64,000 bases of DNA from Desulfobulbales bacterium (GTDB taxonomy: Bacteria; Desulfobacterota; Desulfobulbia; Desulfobulbales; BM004), in contig JBFHXP010000002.1 of assembly GCA_041598875.1 (NCBI GenBank), forward strand, positions 13,716 through 77,715. Reading direction: 5' to 3'. The notes under the pieces are model-generated. The model was given only the letters and a program-made list of their open reading frames with translations. It was not told the DNA's origin and ran no database searches. The translations under genes were made by a program, and so were the position numbers. Below are positions 10,099-20,107 of the stretch, in pieces (position 1 is the first letter of the stretch; every line of letters begins with the position of its first letter).

Positions 10099-11213
10099 GC
10101 ACCTCAGTCATCAACACCTCCATGGAGACCTTTGAGCTGAACCTCGGCCCGCAGCACCCTGCGACCCACGGCGTGCTCCGGGTGGTGCTCACCATGGACG
10201 GCGAGTATATCGTCAAGGCCGTGCCGGTATTGGGCTACATCCACCGCATGCATGAAAAGATGGGAGAAAACCGCACCTGGGTTCAGTTCTTTCCCAATAC
10301 CGGACGCCTCGACTACCTGGGCGCCCTGTCCTACAACCACGGATACGCCCTTACCGTGGAGCGGGCCGCAGGGATCGAGGTGCCAGAACGCGCTGAGTAT
10401 ATCCGTGTCATCACGGTGGAAATGAACAGGATTGCCAGCCATCTCCTCTGGTTCGGGGCCTTTGTTCTCGACCTGGGCGGCTTTACCCCGCTGCTGTTTG
10501 CCTTTGACGATCGCGAGCAGATCCTTGATCTTCTTGAATCGGTAACCGGCGCCCGGCTTACCTTCTGCTATTTCCGTTTCGGCGGTGTCTATAATGATGT
10601 GGATGACAGCTTTCTCACCGGATGCACTGACTTCATAAAACGGTTGCGATCGCGGATGCCGATGTACCACGATCTGGTCACCGGCAACATCATCCTCCGC
10701 AAACGGCTTGAAGGCATTGGCGTTCTCTCCAAGGAGATGTGCCGAAAATACGGGGCAACCGGCCCGGTACTGCGCGGATCCGGAGTTAACTTTGATGTGC
10801 GCCGGCATGAGCCCTATTCGATCTACCCTGAACTTGATTTCGACATTCCCGTATATCACGAATGCGATTCCATGGCCCGGTACATGGTGCGGATGGATGA
10901 GATGGAGCAGAGCATGCGCATTGTCGAGCAGGCAATTGCCAAAATCCCGGATGGGCCGTTTATGGCAGAAAAGGTGCCGAAAATCATAAAACCGGAACGG
11001 GGGGACTACTACGGTAATGTTGAGGCTGCCCGGGGCTCCTTTGGCATCCGGGTGGTCAGCGATGGAACAAACACCCCCTACCGGCTGAAACTGCGATCGC
11101 CAACATTTTCCAACCTGAGCCTGTTCGGCGAGGCGGCGGAGGGAATGATACTGGCCGATGCCCTCGCCCTGATGGGCAGCCTTGATCTGGTTATCCCTGA
11201 GATTGATCGGTAA
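10095..11213 (+). CDS. nuoD: NADH-quinone oxidoreductase subunit D
   Basis: 372 aa. Contains LNLGPQHPATHGVLR, GFTPLLFAFDDRE and DLVIPEIDR. Confidence 0.93.
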   Translation: MSTSVINTSMETFELNLGPQHPATHGVLRVVLTMDGEYIVKAVPVLGYIHRMHEKMGENRTWVQFFPNTGRLDYLGALSYNHGYALTVERAAGIEVPERAEYIRVITVEMNRIASHLLWFGAFVLDLGGFTPLLFAFDDREQILDLLESVTGARLTFCYFRFGGVYNDVDDSFLTGCTDFIKRLRSRMPMYHDLVTGNIILRKRLEGIGVLSKEMCRKYGATGPVLRGSGVNFDVRRHEPYSIYPELDFDIPVYHECDSMARYMVRMDEMEQSMRIVEQAIAKIPDGPFMAEKVPKIIKPERGDYYGNVEAARGSFGIRVVSDGTNTPYRLKLRSPTFSNLSLFGEAAEGMILADALALMGSLDLVIPEIDR

Positions 11214-11224
11214 GGAGTTTCCAT

Positions 11225-12226
11225 ATGACTGCAAACCCACTCATACACCTGCTCATATCCCTGGCTCTGGTTGTCGGCTTCATTGCCTTCAACGCCGCCT
11301 TTCTTGTCTGGCTCGAGCGCAAAGGGGCGGGTCACTTCCAGCGGCGTATCGGTCCCAAGGAAGTAGGGCCATACGGCCTCCTGCAGACCGTAGTGGACGG
11401 TATCAAACTGATGAGCAAACAGCTCTTTGTCCCGGACCACATCGACCCGATTCTTTTCCGGATGGCGCCGCTGCTCATCCTGATCCCGGCGGTGATGAGC
11501 TTTGTGACCATTCCCTTCAGCGATGTGCTGGTTGCCAGGGAGATCAACACCGGCCTGCTCATGGTCTTTGCCTTTGCCTCGGTCAACGTACTCGGGCTTC
11601 TCATCGGCGGTTGGGGGTCAGCCAATAAATACGCGGTGATCTCCGCGGCCAGGGCCGTGTCCCAGAACGTGGCCTACGAGATCCCGATGCTGATCACGAC
11701 CATCACCATCGTCATGATCACCGGCACCCTGAACCTCAACGAAATAGTGGCCCAGCAGGCAGGTGGCTTCTGGAACTGGAATATCTTTCCGGCAGGAAGA
11801 AATTTCCTCCTGATTTTCATCATGCCGATATCGTTCCTGATCTTCTTTATCTGTTCTCTGGCCGAAACCAATCGCGCGCCCTTTGACATGGCTGAGGCGG
11901 AAAGCGAGCTCATTGCCGGCGCCTATACCGAGTACCCGGGCATGGGCTTCGGGGTCTTCTTCATGGGCGAATACGCCAATATCATTATTGGTTGCGCCCT
12001 GGCCACCATCCTTTTCCTGGGCGGCTGGCATTGCCCGTTCGGGATATTCCCCGGGGTGCACTGGTTCCTGCTTAAACTCTATCTTCTCATCTTCACCGTG
12101 ATCTGGATCCGCTGGACCTACCCGCGGACCACCATTTACGGCCTGTTGAACCTTTCATGGAAGGTGTTGATACCCTTCTCCCTGACAATTTTGCTGCTCA
12201 CCGCCGCATTTATCAAGGTGATGTAA
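11225..12226 (+). CDS. nuoH: NADH-quinone oxidoreductase subunit H
   Basis: 333 aa. Contains ERKGAGHFQRRIGP and LAETNRAPFDMAEAESEL. Starts only 11 nt after the nuoD stop. Confidence 0.93.
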   Translation: MTANPLIHLLISLALVVGFIAFNAAFLVWLERKGAGHFQRRIGPKEVGPYGLLQTVVDGIKLMSKQLFVPDHIDPILFRMAPLLILIPAVMSFVTIPFSDVLVAREINTGLLMVFAFASVNVLGLLIGGWGSANKYAVISAARAVSQNVAYEIPMLITTITIVMITGTLNLNEIVAQQAGGFWNWNIFPAGRNFLLIFIMPISFLIFFICSLAETNRAPFDMAEAESELIAGAYTEYPGMGFGVFFMGEYANIIIGCALATILFLGGWHCPFGIFPGVHWFLLKLYLLIFTVIWIRWTYPRTTIYGLLNLSWKVLIPFSLTILLLTAAFIKVM

Positions 12227-12228
12227 TT

Positions 12229-12669
12229 ATGAGCAAATACTGGAGCGACGTACTTGGCGGGACAAAAAGTCTGGCCGTGGGCATGGGAATTACCATTAAG
12301 GCCTTTTTTCAGCCGGTGGTGACCATGCAGTACCCCCATGAGCACATCCCCATGACCCCGCGATTCCGCGGCCACATTGATCTGGTGGCTGATGAGGAAA
12401 CCGGAGAGCCCAAATGTATTGTCTGCGGCATGTGCCAGAAGGCCTGCCCCTCGGGATGCATCTCCCTTGAAGGGGAAAAGCCGGAAGGCTCCAAGAAAAA
12501 AATACTTACCTCATACGTTCTTGATTTTACAAAGTGCAGTCTCTGCGGGCTCTGTGTCGAAAGCTGCAAGCCGGCCGCCATTGATTTCTCAAGGGAGTAT
12601 AATCTGGCCGGCACCAGCCGCGAAGCCTATGTGTTCGATCTTCTCAAAAGATTAAAGGAAAAAAGCTGA
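12229..12669 (+). CDS. nuoI: NADH-quinone oxidoreductase subunit I (2x[4Fe-4S])
   Basis: ORF 12157-12669. The likely start is MSKYW at 12229, just after the nuoH stop. Has CIVCGMCQKACP and CSLCGLCVESCK. Confidence 0.9.
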   Translation: MSKYWSDVLGGTKSLAVGMGITIKAFFQPVVTMQYPHEHIPMTPRFRGHIDLVADEETGEPKCIVCGMCQKACPSGCISLEGEKPEGSKKKILTSYVLDFTKCSLCGLCVESCKPAAIDFSREYNLAGTSREAYVFDLLKRLKEKS

Positions 12670-13211
12670 TGGTGTCTTTGTATACAGCAGAAGGGCTATC
12701 GGAATTGGTGTTCCTGGTGGTTATAGCGACCACGGTACTCGGCGCGGTAATCGCCACCAACTCGGCGCGATTGATCCGGGCGGTCATGGGGCTAGCCCTC
12801 TGTTTCATCGGAGTGGCCGGACTGTACTATTACCTGAACAGCCCCTTTGTCGCCATGATGGAGATACTCATTTATGTCGGCGCTGTCTGCGTGACCATCG
12901 CCTTTGCCATCATGCTCGCCGACCCGGAAACATCCAGTAAAAGAAACCGCGTCAGCATTCTGACCGGCGGGCTGAGCATGGTGGTCGGCATAGCCTTCTT
13001 CTGGGGACTTTCGACCCTTGGGGCAAAGACCCTGTGGAAGGCGGCACCCGCCAAAATAAACAACGGCTCGGTGCTCGAAATCGGCAAATCGCTGCTCACC
13101 ACCTACAGCATGGTGTTCGAGCTTATCTCCGTGGTTCTGCTGGTGGCGATTATCGGCGCCCTGGTACTGGCGCGCAGCGGCCGCGGTCTGGAGGGGAGGA
13201 AGATACAATGA
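12669..13211 (+). CDS. nuoJ: NADH-quinone oxidoreductase subunit J
   Basis: 180 aa polytopic membrane protein (MEILIYVGAVCVT) at the expected operon position. Confidence 0.85.
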   Translation: MVSLYTAEGLSELVFLVVIATTVLGAVIATNSARLIRAVMGLALCFIGVAGLYYYLNSPFVAMMEILIYVGAVCVTIAFAIMLADPETSSKRNRVSILTGGLSMVVGIAFFWGLSTLGAKTLWKAAPAKINNGSVLEIGKSLLTTYSMVFELISVVLLVAIIGALVLARSGRGLEGRKIQ

Positions 13212-13531
13212 TACTCTCATTAAGCACTTCACTGGATATCTATCTGCTTTTAGGCGCCCTGCTTTTCGCAATCGGGGTCTACGGCCTGGTTCAGCGCCAG
13301 ACCCTGATCGGTATGCTGATCTCAGCGGAGCTCATCATGAGCGGCGCCTCGGTGAACTTCATGGCCTTTAACAAATTTCTGGCCCCGGACCCCACGGTGG
13401 GCCAGATATTCACCCTGTTCATCATGGGTATCGCCGCGGCCGAGGCCGCCATAGCCCTCAGTATCATCATCGCTGTTTACCGCAACTACCGGTCCGTCAA
13501 CGCCGAGGACATGGTGGAACTTAACGGATAG
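13208..13531 (+). CDS. nuoK: NADH-quinone oxidoreductase subunit K
   Basis: Begins at the internal ATG 13208 (ATGA overlap with the nuoJ stop): MILSLSTSLDIYLLLGALLFAIGVYGL...ISAELIMSGASVNF..AAAEAAIALSI. Confidence 0.88.
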   Translation: MILSLSTSLDIYLLLGALLFAIGVYGLVQRQTLIGMLISAELIMSGASVNFMAFNKFLAPDPTVGQIFTLFIMGIAAAEAAIALSIIIAVYRNYRSVNAEDMVELNG

Positions 13532-13550
13532 GCTTGGAAGGATAGGTGAC

Positions 13551-15029
13551 ATGGAAATCGTATCCAGCAAACTAGTGCTCGCCATGCTCATGCCGCTTGC
13601 CGGCGCCATACTCGTGATGTTCTCGGGAAAAAAACCCAATGTGCGCGAGTCCTGGTCGGTAATCGCCGCAGTGCTCATGTTTGGGATCATCGCTTCACTG
13701 GTGCCGGATGTCCTGGCCGGCCATAAAATCAGCTACACCCTGTTTGAGATCCTCCCCGGAGTAACCGTCCGTCTGCGCGCCGATGCCTTTGCGATGATCT
13801 TTGCCCTGGTGGCGTCTTCCCTCTGGATACTTGCAGCCTTCTATTCAATGGGCTATATGCGCGGGCTGCATGAGCATGCCCAGACCCGGTTCAACGCCTG
13901 CTTTGCCCTTGCCCTTTTTGGTGCGGTCGGCGTTGCCTTTGCCGACAATCTTTTCACCCTCTACCTCTTCTACGAGGTGGTCAGCGTCTGCACCTATCCC
14001 CTGGTCGCCCACCACCAGGACGAAGAGGGGTACGAAGGGGCCAAGAAGTACATCATCTATCTGACCACCACGGCCAAAGGCCTGATCCTGCCGGCAATGA
14101 TCCTGATCTATGTCCTGACCGGCACCCTGGATTTTGCCGACAATATCACCACCGGCATCTTTCCCCAGGGAGTCAACTCAACCCTGGTGACCATTCTCTA
14201 CTTCTGCTGCCTCTTCGGTTTTGCCAAGAACGGCGTGATGCCGTTTCATAACTGGCTTCCCGGCGCCATGGTCGCACCGACCCCGGTCAGTGCGCTCCTC
14301 CATGCCGTGGCAGTGGTCAAGGTCGGTGTCTTTTCCACCACCAGGGTAATGCTCTATGTGTTCGGCACCGACACCATGAGCGCCCTCAACCTGGGCATTC
14401 CCACTGCCTACATTGTATCCTTTACCATACTTGCGGCCTCGATTATCGCGCTCTCCAAAGATAACCTCAAGGCCCGGCTCGCCTATTCCACGGTAAGCCA
14501 GCTCTCCTATATCATCCTGGGCGTGGCCCTGCTCACCACCAGCGGCATGCAGGGCGGGATAATCCATATCGCCAACCATGCCTTTTCCAAAATCACCCTG
14601 TTCTTCTGTGCCGGCGCAATCTATGTTGCGACCCACAAGAAGAACATCTCGGAGATGGGCGGACTGGGCAAGACCATGCCCTTCACCTTTGCCGCCTTTG
14701 GTATTGCCTCTCTCTCAATGATCGGCGCGCCGCCGGTGGCGGGTTTTGTCACCAAATGGAAGCTGCTGATCGGCGCCATGGAGATGAACACCCATTATAT
14801 CGGTATCCTGCTGGTGCTTCTGGCCAGCACCCTGTTAAACGTCGGTTATTTCGCCCCAGTGACCTTCAAGGCCTTTTTCGGCAAACGGCCCGAGGGAGAG
14901 GTGTACGAAGGTGTAAGAGAGGCGCCGCTCTCCATGGTTATTCCGCTGACCATTGCCGCGCTGATCTCCATATTCATCGGCATCTTTCCCGACTTCATGA
15001 TGAACTTTGTAAGGATGGTGACAGGATGA
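13551..15029 (+). CDS. Extra NuoL/MrpA/MrpD-type antiporter-like subunit (no lateral helix)
   Basis: 492 aa. Contains FHNWLPGAMVAPTPVSALLHAVAVVKVG and LAYSTVSQLSYI. Sits between nuoK and the helix-bearing NuoL-like gene. Confidence 0.8.
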   Translation: MEIVSSKLVLAMLMPLAGAILVMFSGKKPNVRESWSVIAAVLMFGIIASLVPDVLAGHKISYTLFEILPGVTVRLRADAFAMIFALVASSLWILAAFYSMGYMRGLHEHAQTRFNACFALALFGAVGVAFADNLFTLYLFYEVVSVCTYPLVAHHQDEEGYEGAKKYIIYLTTTAKGLILPAMILIYVLTGTLDFADNITTGIFPQGVNSTLVTILYFCCLFGFAKNGVMPFHNWLPGAMVAPTPVSALLHAVAVVKVGVFSTTRVMLYVFGTDTMSALNLGIPTAYIVSFTILAASIIALSKDNLKARLAYSTVSQLSYIILGVALLTTSGMQGGIIHIANHAFSKITLFFCAGAIYVATHKKNISEMGGLGKTMPFTFAAFGIASLSMIGAPPVAGFVTKWKLLIGAMEMNTHYIGILLVLLASTLLNVGYFAPVTFKAFFGKRPEGEVYEGVREAPLSMVIPLTIAALISIFIGIFPDFMMNFVRMVTG

Positions 15030-15283
15030 TCATAGTAAAACTCATCGACTATCTTCGTGATCGGCTCCCCATGGTCATCAAGATCTGCTACGGGGTGCTT
15101 GGATTCCTGATTCTTCTGGATGCGCTGCCATTTGTCGTGGACAAGCACCACGCCCATACCTGGCCGGAAAAACTCCCCGGTTTCTGGTCGGTTTTCGGAT
15201 TTATCGCCTGCGTACTGATAATCATTGTCTCCAAATGGTTCGGACATCTCGGCATTATGACCCGCGAGGACTACTATGACTAA
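15026..15283 (+). CDS. Small (85-aa) two-TM membrane protein inside the nuo operon
   Basis: ATG 15026 overlaps the upstream stop (ATGA). Sequence MIIVKLIDYLRDRLPMVIKICYGVLGFLILLDALPF...FWSVFGFIACVLIIIVSKWF. Its end overlaps the next gene by 8 nt, which suggests translational coupling. Confidence 0.55.
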   Translation: MIIVKLIDYLRDRLPMVIKICYGVLGFLILLDALPFVVDKHHAHTWPEKLPGFWSVFGFIACVLIIIVSKWFGHLGIMTREDYYD

Positions 15284-17066
15284 CTTCATCCATCCAGCCG
15301 CGATCATGATCATCGGCGCCCTGCTCCTCCCCATGTTCCGGGGGGTGCTCAGGAAGCCGTATCTCATCCTGGTCCCGATTCTGGCATTTCTGTCCGTCCT
15401 CTCCATGGAGCACGGCACATACGGCATTTTCCAGTTCATGGACTGGAAACTGACCTTTGGCCGAGTGGATGCCCTGGCCCAGGTCTTCGGCTACATCATG
15501 ACCCTGATGTGTATCATCGGTTCAATCTATGGCCTCCATGTTGAGGAAGACGCCCAGCACATGGCTGCCTGGCTCTATGTGGCAGGCTCACTCGGGGTTA
15601 TCTACTGCGGAGATTATATTGTCCTTTTCCTCTTCTGGGAGCTGATGGCCTTCGCCTCGGTCTTTCTGGTCTGGTTCAGGAGAAGCGCGCAGTCCCTGTG
15701 GACCGGGTACCGCTATCTTCTGGTCCATACCGCGGGAGGACTGTTACTCCTGGCCGGGCTGGTGCTCCGCTATAAGGCAACCGGCGGGGCCATTGACTTC
15801 AACCTTCTTGACGTCCAGAATCCCGAGCTCTATACCTACCTGATCATGCTCGGGTTCATCCTGAACGCCGCGGTACCGCCGCTCCATGCCTGGCTTCCCG
15901 ATGCCTATGGCGAGGCCACGGTCACCGGCGCGGTCTTCATGTGTGCGTTTACCACCAAAACCGCAGTCTATGCCCTGGCCCGCGGATGCGCCGGCATGGA
16001 TATCCTCATCCCACTTGGGGTGGCCATGGCCCTCTACGGTGTTGTCTATGCCGTACTTGAAAATGACTGCCGCCGACTCCTGGCCTATCATATTATCAGT
16101 CAGGTCGGCTACATGGTCACCGGCGTGGGCATCGGGACTGAAATGGCGATAAACGGGGCCTGCGCCCACGCCTTTGCCCACATCCTTTACAAGGGCCTTC
16201 TCTTCATGGGGTGCGGTTCCGTACTCTACATGACCGGTAAAAGTAAATTTTCCGAACTCGGCGGGTTGTATAAAAAAATGCCCTGGGCCTTTGTCTACAC
16301 CCTGATCGGCGGCCTGTCGATCTCCGCCTTCCCGCTCTTTTCCGGGTTTGTCTCCAAATCAATGATCGTGGCCGCCGGTTTCCAGGAGCATATGCTCTGG
16401 CCGGCATTTCTCCTGACCCTGGCCTCGGCCGGAACCTTTCTCCACACCGGCCTCAAGGTGCCGTATTTCATCTGGTTCGGCAAAAACAACTGCAGTGAGG
16501 AGACCTGGAACAAGGCCGCCGATCCGCCAGTAAACATGCACGTGGCCATGGGTATCGCCTCTTTTCTCTGCATTTTCATCGGCTGCTACACCCCGTATCT
16601 CTATAAGATGCTTCCTTATCAGGACGCGGCCAACCAGTACGCCCAGGTGGTCTACGGCTCCTACCATCTTTCCGAGGCCATGCAGATTCTGCTCTTTACT
16701 GCCCTGGGATTCTTCCTCCTGATCAAGAAACTGGCGCCCGAGCCCACCATCAGCATTGATCTTGACTGGTTCTACCGGATGGGTGGACGGGGTTTCCTCT
16801 GGCTTGCCAAAAAACCGATCCAGGCGGTGGATAACGGCGTGAGCGAGGCGTACAGCACCATCGGACTCTCATCCCTCATGACCACGGCACGGTTCTGGTC
16901 ATGGTTCGACTGGCACGGCATTGACGGGGTGGTTGACGGCATCGCCCGCTCGGTCCGTAATCTCGGCGGCCATGTTCGCCAGCTGCAGAGTGGACAGATA
17001 CAGCATAACATCTATTACGCGGTATCGATCATTGCCGTTGTTTTGGCGGCGTACATACTCGCTTAA
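15276..17066 (+). CDS. nuoL: NuoL-like antiporter subunit with a C-terminal lateral-helix region
   Basis: 596 aa. Contains LHAWLPDAYGEATVTGAVFM and LLAYHIISQVGYM. The C-terminal DWHGIDGVVDGIARSVRNLGGHVRQLQSGQIQHNIYY plus a final TM resemble the NuoL HL helix. Confidence 0.75.
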   Translation: MTNFIHPAAIMIIGALLLPMFRGVLRKPYLILVPILAFLSVLSMEHGTYGIFQFMDWKLTFGRVDALAQVFGYIMTLMCIIGSIYGLHVEEDAQHMAAWLYVAGSLGVIYCGDYIVLFLFWELMAFASVFLVWFRRSAQSLWTGYRYLLVHTAGGLLLLAGLVLRYKATGGAIDFNLLDVQNPELYTYLIMLGFILNAAVPPLHAWLPDAYGEATVTGAVFMCAFTTKTAVYALARGCAGMDILIPLGVAMALYGVVYAVLENDCRRLLAYHIISQVGYMVTGVGIGTEMAINGACAHAFAHILYKGLLFMGCGSVLYMTGKSKFSELGGLYKKMPWAFVYTLIGGLSISAFPLFSGFVSKSMIVAAGFQEHMLWPAFLLTLASAGTFLHTGLKVPYFIWFGKNNCSEETWNKAADPPVNMHVAMGIASFLCIFIGCYTPYLYKMLPYQDAANQYAQVVYGSYHLSEAMQILLFTALGFFLLIKKLAPEPTISIDLDWFYRMGGRGFLWLAKKPIQAVDNGVSEAYSTIGLSSLMTTARFWSWFDWHGIDGVVDGIARSVRNLGGHVRQLQSGQIQHNIYYAVSIIAVVLAAYILA

Positions 17067-17090
17067 ATCATTATTCTAAGGATAAAGGGA

Positions 17091-18620
17091 ATGCACGATT
17101 TTCTGATCTTGAACAGTTTGGGGTTCCCCATTCTCAGTGTGCTGATTTTTCTTCCGCTTGCCGGGAGCCTGCTCCTTCTCGTCCTTCCCAACGACGAAAT
17201 CGCCAAATACTGGACCCTGGCGGTTACACTGGTCACCGCAGGGATCTCGATGATCCTCTATCGTGATTTTGACCTGAGCACGCCTCTCTACCAGTTCGGT
17301 GAGAGCCACCCCTGGATTCCAACCCTGAATATAAACTATCTCCTGGGGGTGGACGGGATCAGCCTGCTCCTCATTCTGATGACCACCCTGCTCATGCCCC
17401 TGTGCGTGCTCGGCTCATGGAAGTATATCACAACCAGGGTCCGGCCATTCATGTTCTGCCTGCTGATCATGGAGACCTCCATGCTCGGCGTTTTCATGGC
17501 CCTTGACTTTGTCCTCTTCTATATCCTCTGGGAGGCAATGCTGATCCCCATGTATCTGCTGATCGCAATATGGGGCGGACCGCGCAAGATCTATGCGTCA
17601 ATCAAGTTCTTCCTCTATACCCTGGCCGGTTCGGTGATGCTGCTTGTTGCAATCATCGCCCTGTATCTCAAGACCGGCTCCTTCATCATCCCGGAGATGA
17701 TGGGGCAATCCTATACATTTACCTTTCAGATCTGGGTATTTCTCGCCTTTTTTCTTGCCTTTGCCATCAAGGTGCCGATGTTTCCATTTCATACATGGCT
17801 TCCGGCTGCCCATGTCGAGGCGCCCACCGCCGGCTCTGTTATCCTGGCCAGCGTACTCCTGAAAATGGGAACCTACGGCATGCTCAGGTTCTGCCTGCCA
17901 ATCACGCCCGAGGCGACGTTTGCCGCCATGCCCTATGTGCTCTGGCTCTCCATCGCCGGTATCATCTACGGAGGGTTCACCGCGCTGTCGCAACAGGATA
18001 TGAAGAAGCTGATTGCCTACTCCAGTGTCGGCCATATGGGCTTTGTGACCCTTGGCATCTTTGTCCTGAACACCCAGGGCATTGAGGGTGCCATCCTCCA
18101 GATGATAAACCACGGCATAACCACCGGGGCGCTCTTCCTCTGTGTCGGCATGATCTACGAACGAACACACACCAGGGATCTGGCACTGTCCGCAGGAGTA
18201 GGCCAGTACATGCCTGTGTATGTCACATTTCTCGGGTTCTTCTCCCTTTCCTCCCTGGCCTTTCCCGGGACCAACAGTTTTGTCGGCGAATTCCTCATCC
18301 TGGCCGGGACCTTTGAACATGAAATAATCATCGCTGCCTGTGCCATACCCGGCGCCATACTGGCTGCGGCATATATGTTCCGGATGCTGCAAAGGGTCGT
18401 CTGGGGGGGGACCAACAACCCGGACCAGAGCTATCTCACCGATCTGAGCGTACGGGAAATACTTACCCTTGCCCCCCTGCTGATCTTTGTCCTGTGGATC
18501 GGGCTCGCTCCTGCGCCATTCATGGAAATCATGCACACCAGTGTCAGCCACCTGCTGTCACAGGTGCATGTGGCTGAAGTCCCGCAAAAAGCATCGCTGA
18601 TGGCGCTATTGATTCCATGA
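17091..18620 (+). CDS. nuoM: NADH-quinone oxidoreductase subunit M
   Basis: 509 aa. Contains FHTWLPAAHVEAPTAGSVILASVLLKMGTYG and LIAYSSVGHMGFV. Confidence 0.9.
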   Translation: MHDFLILNSLGFPILSVLIFLPLAGSLLLLVLPNDEIAKYWTLAVTLVTAGISMILYRDFDLSTPLYQFGESHPWIPTLNINYLLGVDGISLLLILMTTLLMPLCVLGSWKYITTRVRPFMFCLLIMETSMLGVFMALDFVLFYILWEAMLIPMYLLIAIWGGPRKIYASIKFFLYTLAGSVMLLVAIIALYLKTGSFIIPEMMGQSYTFTFQIWVFLAFFLAFAIKVPMFPFHTWLPAAHVEAPTAGSVILASVLLKMGTYGMLRFCLPITPEATFAAMPYVLWLSIAGIIYGGFTALSQQDMKKLIAYSSVGHMGFVTLGIFVLNTQGIEGAILQMINHGITTGALFLCVGMIYERTHTRDLALSAGVGQYMPVYVTFLGFFSLSSLAFPGTNSFVGEFLILAGTFEHEIIIAACAIPGAILAAAYMFRMLQRVVWGGTNNPDQSYLTDLSVREILTLAPLLIFVLWIGLAPAPFMEIMHTSVSHLLSQVHVAEVPQKASLMALLIP

Positions 18621-18682
18621 TACTCTTCTGCTGTCTAAGAGTGAAACAACAACACACTGGAAGGATAAACTAAGGAAAAACA

Positions 18683-20107
18683 ATGAAAACGGCACTGTTC
18701 CTCCCCGAATTATTCCTCCTTTTGAGCGCACTTGTGCTCTTTGTCCTTTCCCTGGGAAAAACCGCGCCCCGGACAGCGCGCTCTATCACCACCAGCCTGG
18801 CGGTGATCAATGCTCTCCTCTGTTTTCTTTCCCTGGGAAATCAGGGAGAACTCTTTTTTGCAGCATACCGGATCGATCAGTTCTCTCAACTTTTCAAACT
18901 CTTGATCATGTCCGCGTTCGCCTTTCTGCTTCTCTTTACCACAGAACTCAAGGGAATCCGGGAAGATGTAAAGACAGAGTATTATCTCTTCATGCAGTTA
19001 AGCGTCCTCGGCCTGGTCATGCTGGTCAGTTCTGTTGAGCTGCTTTCCATTGTTGTTGCCCTCGAACTCTCCTCCTTTGCCCTCTATGTGCTGGTCCCGA
19101 TGCGGACGGAACGGGCAGGGCTGCACATCCAGATGGAAGCGGGGATAAAATACATTCTGTTCGGCGTGGTCGCCACAGGGATCATGCTTTTTGGCATGAG
19201 CTATCTTTTCGGACTCACCGGGACGACCTACCTCCACGAACTTATCCCCTCAATCGCGGCAATCGGAGCAACCCCGGCAGTGATTGTCGGCGTGCTGATG
19301 GTCATGGGTGGCTTCTTTTTCAAACTCGGAATCTTTCCCTTTCACTTCTGGCTCCCCGACGTGTACCAGGGCGCATCCAATGAAACCACCACCTTCATCG
19401 CCTCGGTGCCAAAACTTGGAGCGGTGGCACTCCTTATCCGGGTGGCGATGCTGGCCCCGGCTGACAACGGGCTGAGCACCTTGCTGGCAATACTTGCGAT
19501 ATGTTCGATGTTTTACGGTAACCTCTCCGCCCTGGTCCAGAAAGACATCAAGCGGATGCTCGGATTCTCCGGTATCGCCCACGCCGGTTTTGTTCTGCTC
19601 GGTATCCTGACTCTCCAGGAAACAGGGTATGCCTTTGCCATGTACTACATCACCGGGTATGTGATAATGAACCTGGCCTGTTTCATGGTGATATGCACCG
19701 TCTCTTCTGATGGGGAAAACGTTGAGATCAATGACCTGACCGGGCTCTACAAAAGATCACCGCTTCTTGCAATTACCCTGACCGTGAGCATGTTCGCCCT
19801 GGCCGGGATCCCGCCTTTTGTCGGCTTCATGGGCAAATTCATGCTCCTGACCAATGCCCTGGAAAACGGCTACCTCCCGTTTGTCATTATGGCGGCGCTC
19901 AACACCGCCATCGCCATCTATTACTACCTGTCGGTCGTGCGGATCGCCTACTGCACCCCGGCTGATGACGACACCCGATCCGGGCTCGATGTTTCCCTCT
20001 CAACCAGCATGGCGGGCATAGCCCTGATGGTCCTGATCGTCATGCTCGGGGTGATCCCGGAGCAGATAGTTGATATCGCCCGAACCGCGGTACAGAGCAT
20101 CATGTAG
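18683..20107 (+). CDS. nuoN: NADH-quinone oxidoreductase subunit N
   Basis: 474 aa. Contains FPFHFWLPDVYQGASNETTTFIASVPKLGA and MLGFSGIAHAGF. Confidence 0.9.
   Translation: MKTALFLPELFLLLSALVLFVLSLGKTAPRTARSITTSLAVINALLCFLSLGNQGELFFAAYRIDQFSQLFKLLIMSAFAFLLLFTTELKGIREDVKTEYYLFMQLSVLGLVMLVSSVELLSIVVALELSSFALYVLVPMRTERAGLHIQMEAGIKYILFGVVATGIMLFGMSYLFGLTGTTYLHELIPSIAAIGATPAVIVGVLMVMGGFFFKLGIFPFHFWLPDVYQGASNETTTFIASVPKLGAVALLIRVAMLAPADNGLSTLLAILAICSMFYGNLSALVQKDIKRMLGFSGIAHAGFVLLGILTLQETGYAFAMYYITGYVIMNLACFMVICTVSSDGENVEINDLTGLYKRSPLLAITLTVSMFALAGIPPFVGFMGKFMLLTNALENGYLPFVIMAALNTAIAIYYYLSVVRIAYCTPADDDTRSGLDVSLSTSMAGIALMVLIVMLGVIPEQIVDIARTAVQSIM

Noticed and set aside
10104-11240. 378-aa minus-strand ORF antisense to nuoD. 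Similar long antisense ORFs occur at 514-1476, 17598-18551, 30217-31170, 38059-38787, 40720-41544, 45757-46650, 49715-50566, 55411-56112 and 62618-63163.
   Set aside because: Each lies entirely opposite a gene with strong family motifs. Their translations are Gly/Arg/Pro-rich low-complexity sequence, typical of shadow frames in GC-rich DNA, and none has a recognisable domain.
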